DNA of 32,320 nucleotides from Coniocarpon cinnabarinum (Eukaryota): NCBI GenBank assembly GCA_051942205.1, contig JAVECO010000089.1, positions 62,001 to 94,320 of the forward strand, read 5' to 3'. Shown piece by piece: positions 1 to 15,985 of this stretch (position 1 is its first letter; each line of letters starts with the position of its first letter). The notes under the pieces were generated by a model. It saw only the letters and a program-made list of their open reading frames with translations, ran no database searches and was not told where the DNA came from. The position numbers and the translations under genes were made by a program.

Positions 1-435
1 GTCTCACTGTCCGTGGAATCGGGACCTCCATCAGATCCCGCTGCTCGATTGGGTGCGCAATCATCCAATACGGGAGGCGCTCCGGCAGCAATGTCGGCGG
101 GGACCGGGGCCGCCAGAAGCGTTGGACGAGGGTTGGCCGTGGGTTTACAAGGTCCTGCACGTAAGTCCGCACCTGACAAATTGCTTCGCTGTTTCTCTGA
201 CGTTTGCTAATATGTTTCAGCGGGGGTTGGCGCTGGTGGTTTTGGAGGTTTCCCAAATGCTCAGCAAGGACCACCCGGTTTTGGGCGAGGAGGGCCTTTC
301 CCTCCAGGTGCTCCGCCGAACTTCCAAGGATTTCCGCCTGGTGGCCCACCTGGAGGACCACCCCCAGGTTTTAGCGGACCTCCGGGTGGAAGAGGCTTTC
401 CTCCTCCACCTGGTGGCGGGTATCAGGGAAGATAA
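1..435 (+). CDS. SMB1: Small nuclear ribonucleoprotein SmB, 3' part (5' end outside the window). Exons <1..160, 221..435
   Basis: Frame 1 reads VSLSVESGPPSDPAARLG...GRG, the end of the Sm2 motif plus the SmB tail. Intron 161..220 is GTAAGT...GCTAAT...CAG. The last exon is a Gly/Pro/Phe-rich tail ending GGGYQGR-TAA. Confidence 0.8.
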
Positions 436-741
436 GCAATAGTATGGGTTCCCAATCAACCGCTGATCTCACGTCCAACGCGAAAAGTAATACTCGCCGG
501 ATTCATCTGCTCCAGAAATCCGGCACACCGCACACGCTTGCGCGTCACGTTACAAGAGCAGAGATCGGAATTATGAACTATGGTCATCGGAAGAACGAGT
601 GAAGTGTCAAGTTGGACAACTTGGCTACGCTGTAATAACTATGGCAGCATGCTTGTCAACAATGGTCACAGACTCACATTGATAGCTGCAGCAATGCTAC
701 AGTCTAGCAGTATGTGTAGACAATGAGGCAATTTGTCAATA

Positions 742-749
742 TCACGTGA
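742..749. promoter_or_regulatory. TCACGTGA E-box upstream of cypB
   Basis: Palindrome ATCACGTGAC about 125 nt before the ATG. Confidence 0.45.
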
Positions 750-872
750 CCGTCGCTCTCATCCTTCCGGCCGGGTTGGTAAACGTACACTTTCACTCTT
801 GTTCCCCCTCCCCTTTCGTCACATACGGTGCAATTATCTTTGTGAAGACTCTTTCTCACTCGTAGGGACAAC

Positions 873-1663
873 ATGGCTTCGACGCAACGTATTGTAGTCT
901 CCTTGCTACTCATATTGACTGCCGCATTTCTGTTCTTCGCTCAGTCTGTGGAGGCCGCGGGCAAAGGACCCAAGATAACCAACAAAGTCTATTTCGATGT
1001 GCAGCATGGAGATGAAGATTTGGGACGCATTGTTATAGGCCTCTATGGCAAGACCGTCCCAAAAACCGCAGAGAATTTTCGGTATGGCACTTCATATCAC
1101 TTGGCTCTGGGTTTCGCTGAACTGGTATCCAGTGCTCTGGCAACAGGCGAGAAAGGCTTCGGCTACGAAGGGTCAACCTTTCACCGTGTAATCAAGCAAT
1201 TTATGATACAGGGTGGTGATTTTACCAAGGGCGATGGTATGATGCCCGTCAAAAGTACGATGGCGTGGTCCGCTCTAATTCATTTCGAAAGGCACCGGCG
1301 GCAAGAGCATATATGGCAATAAGTTCGAGGATGAGAACTTCAAGTTGAAGCACACGAAAAAGGGTGCTCTGAGTGAGTTGGTTGTCGATTTAGGAAGGCG
1401 TCTGTCGTGGTTAACAGAAGGCGATAGGCATGGCAAACGCGGGAAAAGACACCAACGGCTCACAGTTCTTCATCACCACTGCTATCACCTCTTGGCTTGA
1501 TGGCAAGCATGTGGTTTTTGGAGAGGTCTTGGAAGGCTACGACGTTGTCGAACAAATCGAAGATGTGCCCAAGGGCGCCGGAGACAAGCCCGCAAAGCCG
1601 GTGAAAATCATCAAATCGGGCGAGCTTGAACCTCCAGATGAAGGTACCCGCGCAGAGCTCTAG
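873..1663 (+). CDS. cypB: ER cyclophilin B (peptidyl-prolyl isomerase), soluble isoform, 209 aa. Exons 873..1081, 1133..1236, 1292..1372, 1428..1663
   Basis: Hydrophobic signal peptide. Cyclophilin motifs [45 protein letters not shown] and [10 protein letters not shown] are joined by three GT-AG introns. C-terminal RAEL resembles an HDEL retrieval signal. Confidence 0.95.
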
Positions 1664-1710
1664 TCCTCTCCTACGCTATGCCCGCACACTCGCTGATGCG
1701 TGGTTTTAAG

Positions 1711-1955
1711 ATGCAGATGATAACACTGAGGACGAGACCTCATCTACTGCTCAAGGCAAAGTGAACGCGAATGTGAACGCGGGCGATCGATCATTCTTCG
1801 AGGACGAATCTCAAAAGGTGTGGGCTTCTGTGCAGAGCAACCAGGGTATTGCTCCAAAACTTCTGGCGATAGGTGTAATAATTGCTATAGTGATGATCGT
1901 TGTGAAAAGGAGGAGCACGCCGCCGCGACCCATGCACGAGAAAAGTCTGGCTTAG
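1711..1955 (+). CDS. cypB: Alternative last exon of cyclophilin B giving a 284-aa membrane-anchored isoform (intron 1644..1710)
   Basis: Donor G|GTACCC at 1644, branch GCTGAT near 1692, acceptor TTTTAAG at 1710. The join is in frame with an acidic linker, a hydrophobic helix LLAIGVIIAIVMIVV and a basic tail KRRS...EKSLA. Confidence 0.75.
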
Positions 1956-2521
1956 GCATTTGCATCACGTAACGGAGACACACTTCTGAGCGTATGAGCG
2001 AACAATTGATGTCTACTGCGTTTCACTATGTGAATGGCAGGAGAAGAGCGTTAGAGGAGATGCATTCCTACTTGACGTGAATTGAATCGATACATCTCAA
2101 TGCTTCGTGAAGATTGCATACCTGGAGAATCATACAGCAGGACCTGGGTGGGTAGTGTTACAACGCGACCGACGGGTCGAGATGCTCGCAAGGCTAATTC
2201 GTTTTTCACATGCTCTACGTGCCACAATTATTCATGCAAGCACTTCCCAAAATTTTTTGGAACGCCTCTGATCTGGCGGTCAGGGCAAGACCTAATTTTT
2301 TCTCTCTCTTCACACATCGACCCCTTCCTTCTTCACCTCCCCCGCACTCATCAACAAATCTCTTTTCACCGTTTTGCTCCTTCTTTGTTTCAAGGGAGCA
2401 TTTGCCTGTTAATTGTGAGAATTAGATACCCGGGGGTTTGTTTATGCTGGGAAAGTGTCGCTCCTTTTCCAGCCCAGGCGAAGTGAAGGTGTCAACCGTT
2501 GCCCAGCACGCTTCACTCTAA

Positions 2522-4726
<2,205 letters not shown>

Positions 4727-5578
4727 AAATGCTTCTCCATCAACAGCTGCCTCATTGTTTAGCAGCACCGCCAATTTTCTTTTACTGGTTCACCACACTG
4801 ACAAAATTTCCCAAACCAATTTCCCTTTTCCGCTGCAGCAGTCATGGCACATGCAAACTCCAGGAATCAGTCATCGATGGATTCTCCATCCTCCATGGTT
4901 TCACGAAGACACGGCTCAATATCATCTGGAGTTTGGGTGGGTGGTTGCGCTTGCCTTCGCACTTCACGGCTGCGTGGCACAATTCACAACTAGATTTGCT
5001 TTCTACTCATCCAGCAAAGCGATTCGTGTCTCATTTTCAACTTCAGCACCTCTGTTAGTCATTCTGAAGCATTGAGCAAGGTCAGGCACGAGATGGTGGT
5101 GATTGCGTTCTGGCTTTCACACCATAGCGAGAGAGCCCAGCAGTTATCACAACCTATCAGAGCTTTAATGACACCAGGCACCAAGCGGGATTTCATTGCA
5201 CACGAGAGGGTGGATCGGCAACGACACGACACCCTGGACATGTGTGCTGCGTTTAGCGACAATTGCATAGCGACGGTTAACAATCTGCAACGGCATTCTC
5301 GCTGGGCTGGAACACATTGGAAATGCAACGAAATGCATGCGGCCTGGCATCATGAGAAAAGTTCGCACGGACTTTGCTACTTAGTTTATGTGTGTTTGCT
5401 CTTCGAAGTCCTTCGAGTGAGTCCGGAGGGAATGTGTAGAGTTCTACAGAATACCACTCCAGTCTACTGCATCGCATTTCTTCGTTTCGCGCAATGGGTT
5501 CTCATATGTGGTGATGTCTTGCATTATCACAAGTAATTGCCTCTTGATGACATCCGCCTATGAGCTGCAAGGCGAAGA

Positions 5579-5586
5579 TCACGTGA
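5579..5586. promoter_or_regulatory. TCACGTGA E-box upstream of IES1
   Basis: ATCACGTGAC about 200 nt before the ATG. Confidence 0.45.
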
Positions 5587-5784
5587 CTTAGGTGACCTCA
5601 TCAAATTCCTCAAATGGCACTCAACAATCTCTCCCTTCCTTCCCATAACAACTTCCTCCGTATATACCAAGCCACCCAAAAAGGTCATCACCCTCCTAAC
5701 TGCGTATACACTGGTTTTTGCTTGTTCTAGAAACAGGTTCGACTGCCCGTGTCTTCGTCTCCGCCTGTGGCGTCGGAGCCACCA

Positions 5785-8618
5785 ATGGCCCAAGAGCAAG
5801 CCGACGCGTCGGCGCTCGATCCGGCCTTGGAGTCTGCCCTCCCTCCAGGCACTCCCATCAAAGTCGACGATGCTGATCCACGCGCGAGTCTGCGCCATGT
5901 ACTCACGGACGCCAACCGCCAGCAGCCTGGTTCGCCAGATGCTCAACTGCCAACAGATTGGACCCATCATCTTCAGCAGGCTGCGGCACAGACGGAGCTG
6001 CAGACAGAGGGCGACTTTGAAGAGCAGCAGCAACCTACAGCAATGACTTCAACGTATCGCCGCAATGCCAATGGTAGTGTGTCATCGGTCTTCTCTGGCA
6101 ACCGGATTAGGTATCTGAAGAAAGAGGACGGCCAGCCGCTTTGGCGGAAAGACATTCAATATCTGTTTCTACGCATGGTGTTTGAGGATGAGAACCGAGT
6201 CTTTACGCGTTTTTCGGACGGGGCTACTGGGCAAACTTTCGCAGACATATACATCGACGCGATGGCGAAGAGCAGCAAGACCAGTCAAATTCTGAAAGAA
6301 AAGCTTCTGAGTGACCGCGAGTCCGCGCTCCAAATGGCTATGATCTGTCTACTCGTCAACGTTGGACGGATGAACACCACCTTAAATTGTGAGTTCAACC
6401 GGCGACTTGCTGAGGAACTGCACGCCTGACATGATGTATCAGTCTTTCCAGAGATGCGTGCGCGCGTTCGCACGTATCATGCCATACCTTGTTTACAAGC
6501 ACAGTCGGGCACGGGAGCCTACAAGCAACTGCAAGATGGGCCGCGGCTTAAGTCGATCCTCAAGGGCGCCATGGAAGATACACCTCAGCCAAGCAATCTT
6601 GACGAGCTTCTTTCGACACCAAAACCCCGGACCAACCCTGTCAATCTGATTTTCGTCCTCTCACAGTACGCACCTCGTGTGTCAGAGACACACTTCTTTC
6701 CACCTCGTGACTTTTTTGACTTGTTCATGCGACCCACGTTGAGCAGTCGAAGTCGTGCCACTGCTTTCTTGTGGTTGGTTTGGTGGTATCTAGAGAGTAA
6801 CTTTACGCCCGAAGAAGCGCAAATGAATCCTTTCGGCCCTGGAACTGCCGGGGAGGACCCTTTGAACCCAGTTAAAGTGCCCAATCTAGACTTGATCTCA
6901 GAAGAGGCCGCCGAGATTGAGAATACAGATACACCTGAAGAGCTCACCTACGGTGAAGCTAAGCGTCGAGAGCGAGAAAGTATGTCGCCCCTGGCACCAG
7001 TTTTTTACTTTGTTGACGAACTTCGTAGACATCGTCGCAAACGATATGCCACCAGCTGCGTCAGGACCAAAAAAGGGACAGAAGAGTACGTGCCTTTTCC
7101 AAATCGAGCTGCAAGGCTCCTAAACTCGGGGCAACTTGCTAACTTCCTGCGAAGCACCGATGATGGAACAACAACATAATTATCGTAAGTAGATACCTTT
7201 ATGGAAAGCTGCAGTGCTAGCTGAGTGAAGGTGTGACTAACGCACTCTTCAGGTTTCAGGTACTCACCGTACAACTCTGGCTCTAGCTCGGCCGGAAGTC
7301 ACGGGCGACCGTCACCCAGTAAGCCACTTCACGTTCTGTATTTTCGTCCAGTATTTGTCAAGATTCTGACGGTGCTAAGGTACACCTTCTAGGCCCTTCG
7401 CGGGAATCGAGAGCGGAGCCATCCAGCAGCAACCCAGCAAAGCGCCACCACCCCTTCGATGGCGACCGCACACGGTCTCCTTCCCCGCCACGCCCAACGG
7501 CAAGCCAACCCGCAAACGTAAAAATCAGAACGCTCCTGAACAGTGAGGACAACACACCATCTCCATCAGGTGCGCGGAGAAAGGGGTCGCCTGCATCGGG
7601 TTCAGCGTCCAAGTCAGCATCAGCGTCGGCGTTGAGAGGCGGTGCTGGGAGAGGTGCTGGGGACAGGGGCAGGGCTGCTAGGCAGAAGAAGTTGCCTCAG
7701 CCGCACCTGGACAGTGCTTCCGAGTCTTTCCCTTCTGTAACCGGTGCGTCATCTTCTACTCACGAGCATATACATCCATCGTCATATCGCCAACGCCAGA
7801 GCGATGCTTTGCCTGGTGCGCCTTCCGTTTTGACTTCGACGCCTTACACAGACTCGCAATATCCTTACCAGCGCCCTTCCGCGGCCTCGCCCGATCCTCA
7901 ACTCATGCCCAGCTCGATGAACGCGCCCTCTTCCGAGGGCGCGACGCGCACGCGTGCTCGTCCGGTGCCGTCTACCGAGCAGTCTCGCCAGCATCGCATC
8001 CACTCCGCTCTCCAGACGCGCTTGCATGATGTGCGCGCTCAGTCCCGGCGCGAGAGGCGACAACGCGGCGCGCTGGTCGATGCCTGGCTCAAGTGCAATA
8101 CCCTTCCCAGCGGCTTTGACTCCGACACAGACGACCCTGGGCGCTGGGGAGGCATTGATGATGTGAGACCCGGTATCGAAGGTCAGGACGGGGACGCTGG
8201 CGAGGCCGCCAAAAGCATCAGCGATGGACTGCGACATATCGGTTACGCGCTTGACGGCGTACACCTTCCCAAACAACGAAAGCGATTACGCGTGGAGACT
8301 GCGGTCGAGCCCGTTGGCGTAAGGGAGCCCTTGAGTGCACGAGAGCCTGTCAGCGCCATTTTAAGAGCACCCATCATAGGCAGCAACGTTGAGGAACGGG
8401 GCCGAAGGTCGGGAAGAGGGAGAGGCAGAGGCAGAGGTGGTGGTGATGCGGGAGAAGGCGGTCGTAGGCGTAGAAAGCCGAAGAAGGAGCAAGATGAGAA
8501 GATGGGCGAGCGTGGGATTCCAGTGACGGAATTCCTGAGGGCTGAGGAGCGCGAGGGCGCTGCCGTGGCAGATGATGGAAGCAGCGCCGTTGATGAAGGG
8601 AGAGGCGAAGAGGAGTAG
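5785..8618 (+). CDS. IES1: INO80 complex subunit Ies1, about 839 aa. Exons 5785..6388, 6443..6979, 7029..7085, 7155..7184, 7253..7318, 7393..8618
   Basis: Ies1-type blocks LKKEDGQPLWRKDIQY, LLVNVGRMNTTLNFFPEMR (formed across intron 1), YKQLQDGPRLKSILK, PRTNPVNLIF and FLWLVWWYLES. Five GT-AG introns link all ORF pieces in frame. The start codon and mini-exons are less certain. Confidence 0.85.
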
Positions 8619-8875
8619 CCAGCAAGCAGGTCAACTCTGCTGTTCGTGCTCGACGCAATCCAAAATCGCTTAGGTGTGCAGATACATAGTATACTGCACG
8701 CCCACATATGCAGGCTTGCAAGAATGAGCAGTGGACCATACGCATTCGAAGTCTATTAATTCAGCTATTCGCACAACGCCTCGCCAATGCATTAGCTCTG
8801 CTCACCACAACGCGCGAGTTATTTTTACAATACCGTACCGCGACAAGGACAGCAGTAGCAGAAATGAGCCAACTC

Positions 8876-10202
8876 TCATAGCTTTTGGTACTCTAGCTTG
8901 CCCTCCAATTTCTTGTTCTCTGCCACCTTTCTCACAGCCCGGTTCAGATCCTCCTGCTGAATCGCCTCCCGGTAGTCCTTGATCGCGAACAGTCCCGCCT
9001 CCGTCACGACGTTCCGCAAATCTGCGCCGTTCAACTGATCACTCATCTTCACCACACTCTCAAAATCAATCTCGCCCTCCGTCTTCACATCCTGAGCGTG
9101 AATCTTCAAAATCTCCATCCGACCCACTTCATTTGGTAGCGGAATTTCGATCTTTCTGTCCAACCGACCTGCTCGTAGTAGCGCTGGATCGAGTGTGTCT
9201 GGTCGATTTGTCGCCATGATGATCTTCGTCCGGCCTAGGTAATCGAAGCCGTCAAGTTGGTTGAGCAGCTCCATGAGTGTACGCTGGATTTCGCGGTCGG
9301 CGGATGTGCCCTCACTGAAGCGGCGCCCGCCGATAGCGTCAATCTCGTCCATGAAGATGATGCAAGGTTCGTGTTCTTTGGCGTAGCCAAACATTTCGCG
9401 GATTAGACGAGCGGACTCTCCTATGTACTTATCGACGATGGCAGAAGAGACAACTAGCGCAATTTGTCAGCGGCGTCGTGGTGTATTGGGTTAATATATG
9501 GACAAATTGCCACAGGCATACCTTTCAAAAAGTTTGTTTCGAGTCCGCTGGCTACTGCTCTTGCCAAGAGCGTTTTGCCAGTGCCAGGTGGACCGTAGAG
9601 CAGCACGCCTTTGGGCGGTTTGATGCCAACTCGAAGGAAGAGTTCAGGGTTCTTTAACGGCAGCTCGATGACTTCTCTTAGCTCGCGGATCTGATCATTC
9701 AGGCCACCAATTCCCCCAAATGAAACCTGGCCAGGGTCTTCCAGCGACATATTGTAGACTAGTGGATCGACTTCTCGCGGGAGCATTCGCATAATGGTGA
9801 GAGTCGTCATATCTAGAGCGACACGGACACCCTGCTTGAGCTTGGCTTTCTCGACCTTGTTGCGGCAGCCGACGACATATCGAGGACCACTGGACGCTTT
9901 AACGATGACTATGGAAATGACCTGCGTCAGTTCCTCTCCTCACTAATGAACATTGAAGGGGACGCTCGTGCAGCGGACGCACATCGTTCATCATCTAGCT
10001 GCTTCAAGACCTCGCCGATAATCTGTCCGACCGACTGTAAGGCCTTGATATTGTCTTCCGACACTTCGAAGTCATGCTGAAGGGTGTTGATGTCCAGTCG
10101 TAAGGCCTTCAGCTTGGCCTCCCATTCCCGTGTTTCTATCAGTTTGCGTTTGTATTCTTGGATCGCATGCTCACGCTCCGGATCGCTTGATGCGGGACTC
10201 AT
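8876..10202 (-). CDS. RPT4: 26S proteasome AAA-ATPase subunit Rpt4, 394 aa. Exons 10202..9983, 9908..9522, 9453..8876
   Basis: Motifs [32 protein letters not shown], Walker [20 protein letters not shown], Walker B IIFMDEID and [24 protein letters not shown]-terminal EYQKL. Two GT-AG introns. Confidence 0.97.
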
Positions 10203-10574
10203 GCTGGATGTAAGCGATCGTCGGCGAAGAGTAAATGAACGAAGAGTGACAATAGATGCAGCGCACAATAAGCAGGCGGCGAGATGAACACGGCGGAGTC
10301 CATCTGCGGTCTAGGGTTCTGAGAGGAGCGTATCGGAGATAAGATCCGGGTGGGAAAAAAAGGCATCACGAATTATTTGCACGTTAATTACATTGCACTA
10401 AATGGCCATCCTCCGGAGATCGGGCCGGAGGGGCACCGTCGAACTTTCTTGTGCCTGGATTCGTGGGGCAGTCGGCGCATTCAACAAGTGCAATTCGGAA
10501 CATTTTACGCTTCGCTGAACCAAGCCAGATTACAAGCAAGACTGCGAAAAGTGCACTGCGGACCTCGAGCAACC
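10203..10574. promoter_or_regulatory. Divergent (bidirectional) promoter region shared by RPT4 and ENO1
   Basis: Head-to-head start codons separated by 372 nt. Confidence 0.7.
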
Positions 10575-12056
<1,482 letters not shown>

Positions 12057-13038
12057 GACAGCGCGACCGGGCCGCAGCAGGAAAGCATGCCGTGGAGCCA
12101 TCCAGACGAGCTACGACATGCCATCTATCTGCGGTGCAAAATTGCCCATATGAGTACATCGCATAGCTGCATATTTGCTACACAAGAGAGCTCGGAGACC
12201 ATGATGGATTGGCGCGAACAGAGGCATTGAGTCATGTACAGCCCCATCGCATGGAGCTGTCACGTGTTTCAGGTACAGCGCACCGTGAGGCCACAGGGGG
12301 TCATCAGCACCATGCTAATTGGAATTTTGCTTGGTCTTCATCTTACAACTTCTTGAGAGGCAATGCTAACCGCACGCCTAGTGTCTACTCGATACGTGTG
12401 CAGTCGGCTTTTTGTGCTGCAGCTCAGCCCCAACGAGGGTTCTGCACGTCAACACTCGTGGGCATAGCCTGGTCCTCCCGTTCCCGCCCTCTTCCTCGTG
12501 ACTGATTAGCCGCTCTGCAGTGCCCTGCGCACCACCTGCCGCCAGACTGACCAGAGGACATTCACCCATTCAATTGCAGTGCCCTACAAGATTTGTTTGG
12601 AGGTATCGCCGGCACTGTTGGTTGCGAACGCTGAAACGTGAGCGTGCGTCGTGCAGAGCACTGAACCTGACAGTGTGCGAAGCATTGTTTTCTCGCCGGC
12701 AGTAGTTGCGCCCCCAGCCTGCTTCTGCTGCATATGTTTCGGTGAGATAACATTCAGAAAGAGCGTATGTGAGTTCTCACTGCGGTACAGTGACTCTCAC
12801 ACACGAGCACACGACGTTTGTGTGTAAGTAGCCGCATTGAAGCAACGCTCTTACCCTCCAGCCGCGTTGCTGTGCCGTCGCTGGCAAGGAAGGGGCCAAC
12901 TTCATGGGCCTGCATATCCCCGTTCCATGCTACAATGCTGTTGTGATTATTTTCGTGTATCACAGCCGTTCCCGCTCCTGACTCAAGACAACCTCGTGCG
13001 AGCAAAATCGGCATGGCCGCTGCCTACAAGGCTCGCCA

Positions 13039-13044
13039 TATAAG
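13039..13044 (+). promoter_or_regulatory. Putative TATA box of the MACPF-like gene
   Basis: TATAAG about 125 nt before ATG 13164, followed by an AT/CT-rich leader. Confidence 0.4.
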
Positions 13045-13163
13045 AGCCTGAAGTCTGACTTCAGTGCGGCCAATGTCATCCCTGAAACACAGCCTAATTA
13101 TTTTCTCTTGTAATTCTGCTCAACAAGTAATCGTAATCATCTCCTCGAACGATCAAGGACGCA

Positions 13164-15673
13164 ATGCTTCTCACGGCCCAGTATAGCAATCACATGCGCA
13201 TTGGTCAAGGTTTCAATTCCTACACTCACGAGACCAGAATAGACAATGCAGTGAAAGTGATAAACAACACCACTACCGCACCTCTTCTCCCACCGCCAAA
13301 GCACACATACAGGGACTCAGCTATTGGACTTCTTCCAGATGACAATCCAGCCCGGGCTCTGCCGCCACCTGGGCATCCACCTAGTCCCAGTCTGTCGGCG
13401 GCAGTGACACAGGGAGCCCAGTCATCGAACGGCAAGCCTAATCCACCGAGATCCAGTGTCACTAAGATTCCTGGTCACGATCAGTCTGCCTCTCCCGATT
13501 TATCCAAAACAGACCCTGCAGCACCAGCTTACCACATCCTTCGACCCAAAGTCTGGGACGCAAATCAGAGCGTCACGTATTCATCATGGCAGATTAGCAA
13601 CATCAGCGAAATTGCCGACTCGCTAAATGTCAGTGCATATGCTCTCGTCAAATACGCCACAGTAGAAGCCAATGGTAAGTTCTTCCGAGAAATCATGTTG
13701 CATGGCTAATCAGGTCTTAGCCAACACCGCTATGATCCACGAATCAGCATTTCACGACTCACAACTAAATTACATGGTAAGTGTCAAAGTCACCAACGAG
13801 TCACAGCCGGACCAGGAGTCCATGGAGTTCCAACCACTTGATGGCATTCCGCCCGAGAAGTTCACACAAGTCTATGGCGACTGTTTCATCTCCGACTTCC
13901 TAGAAGGAGGCGAGTTCAATGCGGTGATTTCGATAAAGGTTAATGACAAATCGAAACTGCGAGAGGTCAAACAGGCTGTTGATTTTAGCTTGTCGGTGCC
14001 TCCTGTGCCTGGACTTGATGTGGGAGGTAAGCCAAGTTGCATCCTTCTATACCGGAGACAACAAAGTGCTAACTAGATCTCGTCTCTCAGCTGGCGGAAA
14101 GCATGCGAGCACCTCCCATGACGTTTTCAAAAACACGCAAACAACCATTTCAGTGCGGTGCAATGGGGGCGGTGTCATTAAGGAGCCAGCAGCAAAGTGG
14201 ACGCTCGATACCGTTATCGAGGTTGCCAACGCGTTTCCGTCCTTGGTAGCTTCCTGTCCATCAAAGACCAGCGCTATTTTGACACGTTACACTGCACTAC
14301 GTTCATTTCAGCAATGGAAATGGAAAATGCACGAAGATCCATCCTGGAAGGACTTTGTGAATCAAGATGATCATTGGGAGAATCGCCTTATACTTTCTTA
14401 CGCGCCTTGCAAGGTATACACAGCAGCATTGTTTGATGATCTCATGTCTTTCAAGGCGCTTAACAGACGCATCAAACATATGATGGATAACCCAAGCGAG
14501 TATCGCAAGCGGGCACGGGTACCGAAGAGTGCGATCATCTCCCAACCGGAATCCGGTATTTCGCCTGAAGGGTACGACCCCAGCATTCCAGGCTCGCCAA
14601 TGATCGATTTCAAGCGACCACAACTCGATACCAAACGGAAGATCTCAAGGGGTGCGACATTTGGGCTTAACGATCCCGACAATCCAGCGTCGTGGTTACT
14701 GAGCGAGCTTGACGCCGCTCGTGGTCCCCTCCCTATGGAAATCGAAGCTTTGAAAAAAGCTGCACAAGTGTGCAGAGCGTCACTGACACTCATCACCGAG
14801 GAAGCCGCACGTCTGGTTGACCATCCACATCTCGCTTACGCCGAGTTCGATGATCGAAATCACCGAATTCGCATCAATCTGCCAAATTATCCAGCGCCTG
14901 AGCTCCTAGAGCAGCGGCTGCCGGTCTTTGTAGGCGACGACGCTGCTGGTGATGTCATGAGCAATGATGAGGCGGTTCTGCACACGCTCCAGCATCAGCG
15001 TTCAGACGAGCTCTACTTTGCAGTGGTCGGTGATCTCCCTAATCCACACCGTCGTTACAAAGCGTTTTCGACGCTTGACTTCAGTGAGCCGCACATGCGT
15101 GGTGGTGGTCGCAAAGGCGAGAATCGAATCGCTCGGGTCAGTATCCATGCTCATCAGAGCCAATTCTGGCATATGTCCGGATATTCGAACGATGCTCACC
15201 TCGCAATTGGCGCAATTGGCCTCAAATTCGTAAAGTCGACCTCAAAGAAGCCTGCAGCAATACGTTACGATAAGTGCAGTGTCCATTTCGGCAGCAAGCC
15301 TGGCAACGAAGACCGTTTCTTCACCGCGCAAGACTTCGAGACCAGCGACAAAGGGGACGTTGAAGGAGTGCGTCAAATCGAGATTGCATATGTTCCAGGC
15401 ACGGGTCGTATCGCAGGGCTCACCTTTTTCGAAGGGCGAAGTGGCGAGATGGACGCCGCTAAAAGCCTTCCATCATTATACTGGCGACAGTGGGAGCGGG
15501 ACGAAAGCAGCGGACGAGAGCCTGACGGTCTCAAACGCGTCCTGCAAGGTCCACCAACTGATGGCGACCGTTGGCGTTTCGTGGGCTTGTGTGGTCACTG
15601 GGATTCTAGCTTCCTGGGTGGTAGCGTTCTTGCGCGGGTTTCAGGCATTTGGCGGCGGGTTTCGGAGTCATGA
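13164..15673 (+). CDS. Uncharacterised 799-aa protein with a MACPF/CDC-like N-terminal region and a jacalin-like beta-rich C-terminus. Exons 13164..13674, 13721..14026, 14091..15673
   Basis: Two clean GTAAG...CTAAY...AG introns (13675..13720, 14027..14090) join three ORFs in frame. FTQVYGDCFISDFLEGG fits the MACPF signature spacing. TATAAG lies about 125 nt upstream. The gene model is solid; the family call is inference. Confidence 0.7.
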
Positions 15674-15985
15674 GAGCATTGGATCTCTTGTGCACCTATA
15701 CCACTCGGGATGTACTGTTTAGTCTTGTAACTTTATCACTGTCTTTATGTATTTCGACCGATTCCCTATTCCTTCACGCAATTGATAGTGACACCCATTG
15801 GAAAGAACGTGACATTTGGCCTTGGAAGCAAGGCGTGAAAGGCAAGCCAAGCGTGTGAGTGCTCAACTGAGCGGCCAGACAATCCTCAACTGCTCGTCGC
15901 GTAATTTTCTTGTCTGGAGTGAATGCTGGTGCTCCAGCTCGTCTAATACTCGTTGTTTGAGCCGTCCAAAGCAGTCCGGCCACAC

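Noticed and set aside
53..459. ORFs 53..442 (+) and 217..459 (-)
   Set aside because: They are alternative frames of the spliced SmB exons.
8876..8887. Rpt4 C-terminal QKL as a PTS1-like signal
   Set aside because: It is the ordinary conserved Rpt4 tail; nothing suggests peroxisomal targeting.
10349..10357. GGTGGGAAA resembling the Rpn4 PACE element GGTGGCAAA upstream of RPT4
   Set aside because: Mismatch in the core and only a single copy; not supportable.
12209..13043. Short ORFs here and in 5059..5536, 23962..24936 and 30880..32130
   Set aside because: Mostly non-ATG starts, random-looking composition, and no splice-supported models or motifs.
13048..13064. Inverted repeat CTGAAGTC-T-GACTTCAG next to the TATA box
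   Set aside because: An 8-bp arm palindrome is expected by chance in a window of this size.
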